Assembly: GCA_964600985.1 (NCBI GenBank)
Contig: CAZRJR010000003.1
Span: 2,583-66,582, forward strand
Source: an uncultured Candidatus Saccharibacteria bacterium
GTDB taxonomy: Bacteria > Patescibacteriota > Saccharimonadia > CAILAD01 > JADZBC01
DNA: 64,000 nucleotides
Reading direction: 5' to 3'
Positions 11,843-20,215 of the stretch are shown here, piece by piece (the stretch's first letter is position 1; each line of letters starts with the position of its first letter). The notes under the pieces are model-generated. The model was not told the origin of the DNA and did no database searches. It saw only the letters and a list, made by a program, of their open reading frames with translations. The position numbers were made by a program, and so were the translations under genes.

Positions 11843-12816
11843 TAAAATTGCTCCAAATAATCTAGCTTAGGACGCCAGAAGTTCCGAAGATCAGATATAC
11901 CGTATTTAACCATAGCGATGCGTTCGGGGCCCACGCCAAAGGCAAGACCACTGTACTTTTCTGCGTCGATTCCCGCATTTCTTAGAACACGAGGGTGCAC
12001 CATGCCGCCACCGAGTAGCTCTAGCCATTCGCCTTTGTATGTCACATCTATCTCGATTGAAGGCTCGGTGTACGGGAAATAACTCGGACGCAAGCGTATC
12101 TCAGTCTCCTCCCCAAGCAAGTCTTTCATAACGGCCAAGAGCACGCCTTTGAGGTGAGCAACCGACACACCCTCTCCCACCACTAAACCTTCTACCTGAG
12201 TAAATGACCAGAGGTGAGTTCTGTCCTCGTCTTCGTTACGGAACACCTTGCCTGGTACGATTATCTTAAACGGCGGCTTGTTATTCTTCATAAACCGCAC
12301 TTGCATGCCCGAGGTATGCGTACGAGGCAAAATGCGATTAGACCCAGCGGCGTCTTTTATATAGAACGTGTCTTGCATATCTCGCGCTGGGTGATGTGGT
12401 GGCATATTGAGCGCCTCGAAGTTGTGCCAATCATCCTCTATTTCGTTACTATCAACTATAGCAAAACCAAGTCGAGTAAATGATGCATACAACTCCGACA
12501 TAACCAAGCTTACTGGATGCATGTGCCCTGCCGGCTGCCCTAAGCCAGGCTGCGTAACATCGAGGGGTGGCAGTACATCAAGCTCTTCGAGTAATTCAGC
12601 TTTGCGCCTTGTGAACACCTCCTCTAGTTCTTTTTTAACTACATTGAGTTCAGCACCCTTTTGCTTTCTTAAGCTTTCGTCAAGCGCGCCCAGTGAAGTT
12701 AACTGAGCTTGCAATTCGCTTTTTTTGCCCAGGAACTTTGCCTTTGCTAACTGCAGTTCGTTTTCGTTTTTAACAGCTTTAGCAGCAATGATTGCGGCGT
12801 GTACTAGGTCGTTCAT
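11842..12816 (-). CDS. pheS: phenylalanine--tRNA ligase alpha subunit
   Basis: 324 aa with class II aaRS motifs (FRPSYFPYTEPS, GLAFGVGPERIAM). Directly upstream of pheT. Confidence 0.95.
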   Translation of the reverse strand: MNDLVHAAIIAAKAVKNENELQLAKAKFLGKKSELQAQLTSLGALDESLRKQKGAELNVVKKELEEVFTRRKAELLEELDVLPPLDVTQPGLGQPAGHMHPVSLVMSELYASFTRLGFAIVDSNEIEDDWHNFEALNMPPHHPARDMQDTFYIKDAAGSNRILPRTHTSGMQVRFMKNNKPPFKIIVPGKVFRNEDEDRTHLWSFTQVEGLVVGEGVSVAHLKGVLLAVMKDLLGEETEIRLRPSYFPYTEPSIEIDVTYKGEWLELLGGGMVHPRVLRNAGIDAEKYSGLAFGVGPERIAMVKYGISDLRNFWRPKLDYLEQF

Positions 12817-13217
12817 GCTCGCCTCTTATCTGTGGAGTATAAATACAATTCAATAATCAACACGGCTCCAGTAATAAGCAGAGCATCGCTCGCACCTAGT
12901 GTACCTAGGCTACTCATACCTAAAAGTATTACTATTGCTCCTGCCGGCACGATTGATATACGAAATGCCCGCATAGCCTGCCCCTGATTGTGCATGCCAA
13001 CGCGCCTATATATACGTGCCAAAAACATGAGCATAAACACACTTGTAAGTGCTGTTAGAGCCAGAATAAACCAAATGGTTACTCCCGCTGGCCCGATCTG
13101 GCTTGGAGTAGAAAACGACATAAGTGAAAACAGAATAGTGAAAGACAAGATACAAGCAACCACAAGACCAACACTAAATATTCCCTTTTTAAGCTTATGT
13201 ATACCTGACATATTCAT
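12813..13217 (-). CDS. small integral membrane protein (4 predicted TM helices), first gene of the pheST transcription unit
   Basis: 134 aa, highly hydrophobic. Stop overlaps the pheS start by 4 nt. Confidence 0.4.
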   Translation of the reverse strand: MNMSGIHKLKKGIFSVGLVVACILSFTILFSLMSFSTPSQIGPAGVTIWFILALTALTSVFMLMFLARIYRRVGMHNQGQAMRAFRISIVPAGAIVILLGMSSLGTLGASDALLITGAVLIIELYLYSTDKRRA

Positions 13218-13960
13218 CCTATTATCCCAGATCTAGAAGCTTTGCTCAAGCATATGCTATTTCACTATTGTCAACGTAATATTTTGAACAAAGTTAAGAA
13301 CTACCTGAGCACATTTTTTACATAGCATATTCTTATCAACTTTTCGTATACTATTATTGTTCGTTTTGCATAGTAGTGTGTTGCAGAGTATTATATGCCA
13401 CAAAGCGGCATTGGAAAACCAAAGCTTGCGACCAAATTAAAAAACCACCTGTTCTGATTTTATAGAATGTGGTGGTAATTGTGCGACCTGGCTATATTTG
13501 AAATTATTGCATGGTTACGGGCCTCTGATCACATCTGCCCTGTTAAGTTAAGAAACTAAATTGGCACGTGGAGGCCCGGTAATATACCCTTGGCAATGAG
13601 CCAAAAGTATCGGTGCGACCCATGTCTGTACGAGGTATACATGTCTACACAAGCATCGACTGCTTTTGTAGGTGGGTCGCGATTCCCCACCATCCGTATG
13701 GTTTAGTCAGAAAACCACACTCTTTACGGCTGTAAACAAGAGCAGTTCACTGACTAATCCAGCGGGTAGTGTGCTAGCAAATACGAACAAGTGCAATTTG
13801 CTAACCCTAGAACAGTAGGGAGAGTCCGACTAGAAACAAGGGGGTTGTTTCTATGCCGGGCTTACCCTACTGTTACTCGCCCATTTAGTTCTGGGCTACC
13901 TAATGCGGAGAATCTTTTGAGTTTTATTTTTGTTTTAAAGTACTAACTTACGTTGATACC

Positions 13961-13989
13961 AGTATATCAAACGCTTATGCTTAAGTCAA
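13961..13989 (-). promoter_or_regulatory. sigma70-like promoter reading leftward into the 800-bp ORF-free region
   Basis: On the minus strand: TTGACT (13989..13984), a 17-nt spacer, TATACT (13966..13961). Lies just downstream of the trpS stop. Confidence 0.35.
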
Positions 13990-14041
13990 TACTTTTTATG
14001 CTTTTTTCTTGGTTTTAACCTGATAACACTAGTTGTATTTA

Positions 14042-15022
14042 TTACAATAAGCCTAGTTTTTGCTTTACTTCTGAGAGTTTTTGTCCGGCAATGATACTTG
14101 CTTTCGCAGCCCCCTCATCTAAAACTTTGTATAAGTACGTTTCGTCAGCCATAAGCGCATGAAAAGTGCGCTGCATATCACCCAGTTCCTGTACGAGGAG
14201 GTCAGCGAGGTCTTGTTTAAACTCACCGTAACCCTTAAATTTATACTTATCCTCCACTTCTGCGGGAGTCTGGCCACTAAAGCCCGTATATATATGAATG
14301 AGGTTAGTTATAGCACCTCCCTGTGGGCTTACTTTAACTTCATTCTCGGTATCTGTTACAGCGCGTTTAAGCTTTTGACGAATAGTAGCTTCGTCGTCTA
14401 GCAGCATGATGTTGCCATTCTGATTCTCGTCGCTCTTACTCATTTTACTCCCAGGATCTTGTAAGCTCATGATTCTGCCCCCCACTGCCGGCAATATGGC
14501 TTCAGGGACTACAAATGTGGGGCTATATATTTTATTAAACCGCTCTACAATGTCGCGTGTTAGCTCTACATGCTGCTTCTGATCCTCACCTACCGGCACC
14601 TTCTGTGCATCATAAAGAATAATGTCGGCAGCCATAAGCACAGGATAGGTAAAGAGGGCGACTAGTTGACCCTCCGGGCCACGCTTTGCGCTCTTGTCCT
14701 TATACGAAGTCATACGACTTAGTTCCCCTATAGTCACGAAGTTATTAAGAATCCAGCAAAGCTCGGAATGAGCCGATACATGTGACTGTGCAAATACCAC
14801 GGACTTTTTAGGGTCAACCCCAGCGGCCAAGAACCATGCGACATTTGCCAGAGTGTCTTGACGCAGTGTTACTGGATCAGGGCGGACATTGAGTGAATGC
14901 AAATTTGGGATAAAATAGAAGGCCTCACCTTGATCCTGCATGGCCGCGAATGGCTTCACCATACCTAAGTAGTTGCCAATGTGCAGTTTGCCGGTAGCCT
15001 GAATACCCGAAAGAATACGCAT
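14042..15022 (-). CDS. trpS: tryptophan--tRNA ligase
   Basis: 326 aa. HIGN class I motif (GKLHIGNYLG) and KMSKS. Confidence 0.95.
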   Translation of the reverse strand: MRILSGIQATGKLHIGNYLGMVKPFAAMQDQGEAFYFIPNLHSLNVRPDPVTLRQDTLANVAWFLAAGVDPKKSVVFAQSHVSAHSELCWILNNFVTIGELSRMTSYKDKSAKRGPEGQLVALFTYPVLMAADIILYDAQKVPVGEDQKQHVELTRDIVERFNKIYSPTFVVPEAILPAVGGRIMSLQDPGSKMSKSDENQNGNIMLLDDEATIRQKLKRAVTDTENEVKVSPQGGAITNLIHIYTGFSGQTPAEVEDKYKFKGYGEFKQDLADLLVQELGDMQRTFHALMADETYLYKVLDEGAAKASIIAGQKLSEVKQKLGLL

Positions 15023-15053
15023 AGTAGTTATGTTCCTTATACTTTCCTCTACT

Positions 15054-16181
15054 TTACTCGTCTAAGCTTGGCTTATCAACCAATAATGGCTCTATCGAGG
15101 GCGTACTGCCAGCGATCTTCACTACATCCTTATCAATCTTGCGCATTTCTTTATAGGCGTTATTATAGTGCCCAACTGTGGTGCCAAGCGAATTACCCAT
15201 TTTCTGCAAAAAGCTGTCATAGGCGCGCAGGTGCTGCCCTAACTGGCCCACTCGTACTTGAATCTCCTTGGCTTGCTCCTCGATCTGTAGCGACCGCAGC
15301 CCCTGTAGTATCGTTTGCAAGTACGCCATAAATGATGTTGGTGACACGATAATCACCTTCTTATCTCTAAAAGCATACTCAATTAAATCGCGTGAGGAAG
15401 TCTGCACCATACCCACCTTGTTAACCAATAAATCATAATAAATAGCCTCGGAGGGAATAAACATAAAGGCAAAATCCATAGTCCCTTCATTGGGCCGAAT
15501 ATACTTGGCTGTTTCGTCTATACGATTCTTGAGATCTTGCTTAAAAGTCTTAATTATTGCTTCACGCCTGTCCTTGTCACCTTCCTCGATGAGTCGATTG
15601 TAGTTCTCAAGGCTAAACTTAGAATCGATTGGTAACACCTTACCTTCCTCAAGGAATATTGCTGCATCTACAATCTCGCCGTCAACAAACTTGTACTGGA
15701 GCTTGTAGCGATCCGGGGGCAACACGTTTTTGAGTACACTATCGAGGTAGTATTCACCCAGAACACCTCGCTGTTTGGGGTTCTGTAGTACGTTCTGGAG
15801 CGTTTTAAGCTCATCCGCTACGTCCACCACTCTACGATTCGTTTCGTCGAGTTTGGTGAGCCTCTGAGTGACCTCGGTAATCAGCTTGGCCGATTCACTC
15901 ATTTGCTTATGTACCGAATCACGCATAGAATCATTGTTTTTATCGAGCCGATCGTGTAGTTGCGCTTGAGTCTGGGCTAACAACTGGCTCATACCCTGCA
16001 GATCTTGCTTGATCATACTCAGTGATCCGTCCGAAGCCGCGTCTGTAGCAGTAGGCTGTCGACGAGACAACAGGTAAATGGTTGCGCCAAAGCCGATGAG
16101 CATAACCAATATAAGTATAATAACCAAAACTTCCATAAGCATATTATACACGGTACGTGAACGAACACAATGCGAACTCAT
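15054..16181 (-). CDS. rmuC: DNA recombination protein RmuC
   Basis: 375 aa. N-terminal TM, coiled coil, conserved RmuC core (GEYYLDSVLKNVLPPDRY...GKVLPIDSKF...IPSEAIYYDLL). The true start may be the internal Met (MLMEVLVII). Confidence 0.8.
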   Translation of the reverse strand: MSSHCVRSRTVYNMLMEVLVIILILVMLIGFGATIYLLSRRQPTATDAASDGSLSMIKQDLQGMSQLLAQTQAQLHDRLDKNNDSMRDSVHKQMSESAKLITEVTQRLTKLDETNRRVVDVADELKTLQNVLQNPKQRGVLGEYYLDSVLKNVLPPDRYKLQYKFVDGEIVDAAIFLEEGKVLPIDSKFSLENYNRLIEEGDKDRREAIIKTFKQDLKNRIDETAKYIRPNEGTMDFAFMFIPSEAIYYDLLVNKVGMVQTSSRDLIEYAFRDKKVIIVSPTSFMAYLQTILQGLRSLQIEEQAKEIQVRVGQLGQHLRAYDSFLQKMGNSLGTTVGHYNNAYKEMRKIDKDVVKIAGSTPSIEPLLVDKPSLDE

Positions 16182-16256
16182 TAAACAAAATTAATGCCGA
16201 GCATACTTTGCTCGGCTGGTGGCTAGGCCCTGTGCCTAACCACCCCACCGCATCAC

Positions 16257-16607
16257 TCATTTCGTCTCCCGACATATCCTGTGAAACGCTGCGTCAAAAA
16301 TGTTTGGGTCTTCTGCTGCCAGGTAGAAATCAATCACGTCGTCATGACTTATGGGTAGTCCGGACTTCTCTTCAAAAAGCTCCTGGGGAAGCCTCCACCT
16401 AGTTATTGGGATGTTCGCTTCAAGCAGGAGTGCAATCGTATGCGGCGCCCATATACGAAGCTCCCTGCTAAGGCTACAGCTCGGACATGAGAAGCAACAA
16501 ACAAGTGTGTGGCTATCCACACAAAGCCTCAAATTGAGTTTAGAAAAGTCTACATCAACATTCCCGCAACCGATGCAACGAACATTAAGTGTAGGCATGT
16601 GAGCCAC
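16257..16607 (-). CDS. hypothetical Cys-rich (zinc-ribbon-like) protein
   Basis: 116 aa. CIGCG...(19)...CCFSCPSC arrangement suggests a Zn ribbon. Sits between rmuC and the DUF45-like gene. Confidence 0.35.
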   Translation of the reverse strand: MAHMPTLNVRCIGCGNVDVDFSKLNLRLCVDSHTLVCCFSCPSCSLSRELRIWAPHTIALLLEANIPITRWRLPQELFEEKSGLPISHDDVIDFYLAAEDPNIFDAAFHRICRETK

Positions 16608-16673
16608 CTTTTTCTCTTAGTCATAGGTACTGTGATAGCGGTATTATGCTCCTGCAACATCCTGTTTTCAAGC

Positions 16674-17189
16674 CTAGCGCATGCCACGCATCCACCATGG
16701 CAAAGGCACAGCTCGTTTCGTAGTGGTATCTACAACTCTATAGTGATCATTTGGGTAATACTTTTGCAAAATTAATGGCCAATTCTGCTTTAGCCAATTC
16801 TTCTGGTCCAGAAATAGCTGTTCTAATCCCCGCTCAGCGAATTCTCGTCGAATTACCCCTCCACTATGCGGGTGTTTATGCTTTTGCTCAAGCGGTGAGT
16901 TAAAACCATGAGCATAATGTGTCATCTCATGCACAATTGTAGCTTTAATGACGAATTCTGGTACATCAAGATCCTGAAATATTGGGTTTATAGTAATTAT
17001 ACTCACTGAGAGGTCGTCATGATCTCGACTGATCGACCCAAGTCGCCGCTTGGCCTTACGGCCATACACTATTCTAACCTCATTGCTCTGAGGCACGTCT
17101 TCGAAGTGTTTGTACCAAATCTCCGCTAGGAGATTCTCTAACCACTCTTGATCCCGATAACTGAGGTATTTTGCGCGAGCCGCACTCAT
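16674..17189 (-). CDS. DUF45/YgjP(SprT)-like HExxH metallohydrolase
   Basis: 171 aa with HEMTHYAHGFNSP (HExxH...H...N.S pattern of the YgjP/DUF45 family). Confidence 0.5.
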   Translation of the reverse strand: MSAARAKYLSYRDQEWLENLLAEIWYKHFEDVPQSNEVRIVYGRKAKRRLGSISRDHDDLSVSIITINPIFQDLDVPEFVIKATIVHEMTHYAHGFNSPLEQKHKHPHSGGVIRREFAERGLEQLFLDQKNWLKQNWPLILQKYYPNDHYRVVDTTTKRAVPLPWWMRGMR

Positions 17190-17223
17190 GCCTAAAGTAT
17201 ACCAATCCGTGGTAGTTTTACCA

Positions 17224-20103
17224 TCACCAAGGCTGGACTGCCTTATAAATCGACGTCGCTCCAGGCCTAAAGTCGCGGCGCTGTATGCCCTCCGCTACTT
17301 TCCGAATCAGCTCAATGGTCTTTAAGTTATCAACCTTGGCCGTAGATGCTATAAAGCCTGACTCTACGAAATCTAGCGACACGCAGCCTACTGGAGTTTG
17401 GGTGGTCCGTTCCCAGGCAAGAGCATATATAGCAAGCTGGATATTATCTTTAATACGACGCTCCGCAGCAGCCTGGTCTTTGACTTGAGAGGTTTTAAAG
17501 TCGCGGATCTCGACAGCATTAGAAGTCTTTTCTTCTCCTTTCTTCATAGCATAAATCGCATCATAACGACCACTAATGCGAACTTTTAGCTCTGGAATTA
17601 GTAAGCTAAAGGGCTGTTCTACCGCTTGCGGCAACTCAGCGCGCTTTTCACGCTCAAAGAAATACTTAATCACCTCTTTACCGCGTGCCAAGCGCTGCTG
17701 CTCGTGGGACTTTGACACGAAGCCCTCGTGGGACCACGCATCTATAAAAGCCTGCTGGGTGTCTTCTAGACTAACCTTGTGGCCCTGCAAGCGCCCACGA
17801 TAATAGAATTCAATAGCGTGGTGAACTGCCGAGCCGTATACCAACGCGTGGAATGGCCCCTGTGGTAGTTTGAGCACATGGAACAACCAAAACTTTTCGG
17901 GATCTCGAAGATAATCGTCCACCTGATGCGGGGTTAAGTTGAGCCAACCATCATCGTACAAGTGTGCCACCAGATCGTGCTCTGGCTTTTGTGGCAAAGC
18001 AAACTGCTGAATTTGCTCCATGGCACCAGTCTTGGCCTCTAGCTGAATGCCCTGCACCACCCCCAAAGCCTCGCCCACAAATGGAGACATTTTGCGTAAT
18101 CGAGCACCGCCATGATCGTATGAGCACGATAAGTACAGTTTTTGCTTAGCTCTGGTCATAGCCACATAAAACAATCGACGCTCCTCGGCTATATGCCATT
18201 CGCGTGATGACTCAATCCCTATAAGGCCTTCGGGGATCTGAATTTTTTCAGCTTGTCGGCGTGACGGGAACACATCGCTTACTAAGTTTGGTATGAACAC
18301 GGCTTCAAACTCCAAACCTTTTGCCTTATGAACCGTCATAATCCGTACTGCATTTTGGTCTAGGGGCGATTCTGTAGCTAGTATGTCAGCCTCTGTGCTA
18401 CGCATCTCAGCTATGTAAGCCCAGAAGTGATAAATGGTAGGATCGAGGCTAATATTCTCAAATTCTCGAATCAGCCCAAAGAATTGCGCTATATTCTGAA
18501 TCTTTAACGCTGCTTCGTTGCTACGTTCGGCCTCTCCGAGAAGCCTACCCAAATACCCATGCTCGTGTATGAATTTATACAACAGTTGGCCTGCGCTAAG
18601 CTCATTGGCATGATCTCGATACTCGTCTATAAAGCTCAATGCCTCACTAATCTTACCCGTATCCCCATTAGATTCTCGTAAATACTGCTCCAAATCTTGG
18701 TGCTCTCGCCGTGCCTGAGAGCTCAACTCCACCAGTGAGGCTAGCTTAATGCCATATATGTCGCCCGCTAGCAACCCGTAGAGTGCAGCCGAGTCTCGCG
18801 GATCATTAATTACTGCAACGAAGTTTAGGAGCGCCTTAATCTCCGCACGACTAAACAGATTCTGACGCTGTGAAGTTTCAGCCATCACCCCCTCGGACTC
18901 AAGCGCCAGCATAACTGCAGCTGATTGACTGTTTTTGCGGAGCAAAATGGCAATTTCGCGTGGCTGCACACCTGCTGATATTAGTCTGGCTACCTCTTGG
19001 GCAATAAGTTGCATCTCTTCTGGCAAGGTAGGTGCTTGCAATAACGTGGGCACCGGCCCATGACTAAATCCAACTAGCTTTTTATTGATCTTATTTCGCA
19101 CCTCGAGACGATCGGGATTATTATGAATAATCAAAGTGTGACTGGCATCTAAAATTTCTTGAGTTGAACGGTAATTCTCGGTCATTACTATTTGGCGCAT
19201 TTTAGGATACTGATCCTTAAATTCCAATATATTCGCGATTGCCGCACCTCGAAAACGATAGATCGACTGATCATCATCACCCACCACCATAATGTTATGA
19301 TGCTTTTCTGACAACATTTTTATAAGTCTGTTTTGAGCATAGTTTGTATCTTGATACTCATCTACCATGATGTATTTATAACGCTTTTGGCATGCCGCCA
19401 AGAGCTTGGGTCTACGCTCGAACAGCTCTATAGTAAGGGTAATTTGATCACCAAAGTCTAACTTTGCCTGCATTCGTGCCTGATCGGTATATACCGCGTA
19501 GGCATGAGCCAACTCACCAACACGCGCCGCCTCTGCCCTGTCTTCCTCAGTTTGTGCATTCTTACTAAGCTTTAAGGCAAACGTGCCGTATGCTTCTGGC
19601 ATAATACATTCATCTTTAAGCCGCGAGAAGTGCTGCGTGAGGGCCTCGAGAAACTGGTATGGGTTCCCGAGCGGCATATAGTGATCGAGCCTGAGCTCTG
19701 GGAGAATTTGCTGCATGAAGATAATTTGCTGAAAGCCGGTCATAACCTGAAAGTCAGTTGAAATACCGATTTCTAGTGCCTGGTCTCGAAGTATTTGATC
19801 TCCAAGGGCGTGGAAGGTCATAATATTGGTACTCACCACCCCATATGGCAACAGCTGATCCACCCGCGCTTCCATTTCGCGCGCGGCCTTGTCAGTAAAG
19901 GTAAGGGCCAGTATTTCGTCAGGCCGAGCCTTGCCCGTAGCAATCAGCCATGCTATACGACGAGTAATTACCGTGGTCTTACCAGTACCAGCGCCAGCAA
20001 TCACGAGTGCCGCCCCTGTATCGTGCGTAACTGCTTCGGCCTGCGCAGCATTCAGCCCCTTTATATGGTCAGATTCCGAAACGTAGTCAGTGGCGTGTTT
20101 CAT
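17224..20103 (-). CDS. UvrD/Rep-family DNA helicase fused to a C-terminal PD-(D/E)xK (RecB/Cas4-like) nuclease domain
   Basis: 959 aa. N-terminal AGAGTGKTTV Walker A, DEYQDTN, UvrD motifs. C-terminal ...GRYDAIYAMKKGEEKTSNAVEIRDFKTSQ... nuclease motif (D...D/E-x-K). Confidence 0.8.
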   Translation of the reverse strand: MKHATDYVSESDHIKGLNAAQAEAVTHDTGAALVIAGAGTGKTTVITRRIAWLIATGKARPDEILALTFTDKAAREMEARVDQLLPYGVVSTNIMTFHALGDQILRDQALEIGISTDFQVMTGFQQIIFMQQILPELRLDHYMPLGNPYQFLEALTQHFSRLKDECIMPEAYGTFALKLSKNAQTEEDRAEAARVGELAHAYAVYTDQARMQAKLDFGDQITLTIELFERRPKLLAACQKRYKYIMVDEYQDTNYAQNRLIKMLSEKHHNIMVVGDDDQSIYRFRGAAIANILEFKDQYPKMRQIVMTENYRSTQEILDASHTLIIHNNPDRLEVRNKINKKLVGFSHGPVPTLLQAPTLPEEMQLIAQEVARLISAGVQPREIAILLRKNSQSAAVMLALESEGVMAETSQRQNLFSRAEIKALLNFVAVINDPRDSAALYGLLAGDIYGIKLASLVELSSQARREHQDLEQYLRESNGDTGKISEALSFIDEYRDHANELSAGQLLYKFIHEHGYLGRLLGEAERSNEAALKIQNIAQFFGLIREFENISLDPTIYHFWAYIAEMRSTEADILATESPLDQNAVRIMTVHKAKGLEFEAVFIPNLVSDVFPSRRQAEKIQIPEGLIGIESSREWHIAEERRLFYVAMTRAKQKLYLSCSYDHGGARLRKMSPFVGEALGVVQGIQLEAKTGAMEQIQQFALPQKPEHDLVAHLYDDGWLNLTPHQVDDYLRDPEKFWLFHVLKLPQGPFHALVYGSAVHHAIEFYYRGRLQGHKVSLEDTQQAFIDAWSHEGFVSKSHEQQRLARGKEVIKYFFEREKRAELPQAVEQPFSLLIPELKVRISGRYDAIYAMKKGEEKTSNAVEIRDFKTSQVKDQAAAERRIKDNIQLAIYALAWERTTQTPVGCVSLDFVESGFIASTAKVDNLKTIELIRKVAEGIQRRDFRPGATSIYKAVQPW

Positions 20104-20215
20104 GAACTTATTATACCAGCTGCCTCTTACCTGTAGTCGCTTGCGGCCAAAAGTGTTATGCTAGTACAAAGAGTCAAACAACTTACGCCTATCTTTTATC
20201 CATACCAGCAGATAC

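Noticed and set aside
13671-13692. tRNA or tmRNA 3' end suggested by GGTGGGTCGCGATTCCCCACCA
   Set aside because: No matching acceptor 5' strand, D-arm or anticodon arm upstream. The loop is 9 nt, not a T-loop. The real ssrA was found at 29473..29861.
13800-13875. RNase P RNA call for the GAGAGUCCGAC ... CCGGGCUUA element
   Set aside because: A complete type A rnpB with P1, P4, P10.1-P12 and P15-like motifs is at 43205..43606. The 13.8-kb element is only a 64-nt P4-like mimic, kept as part of the unexplained-region finding.
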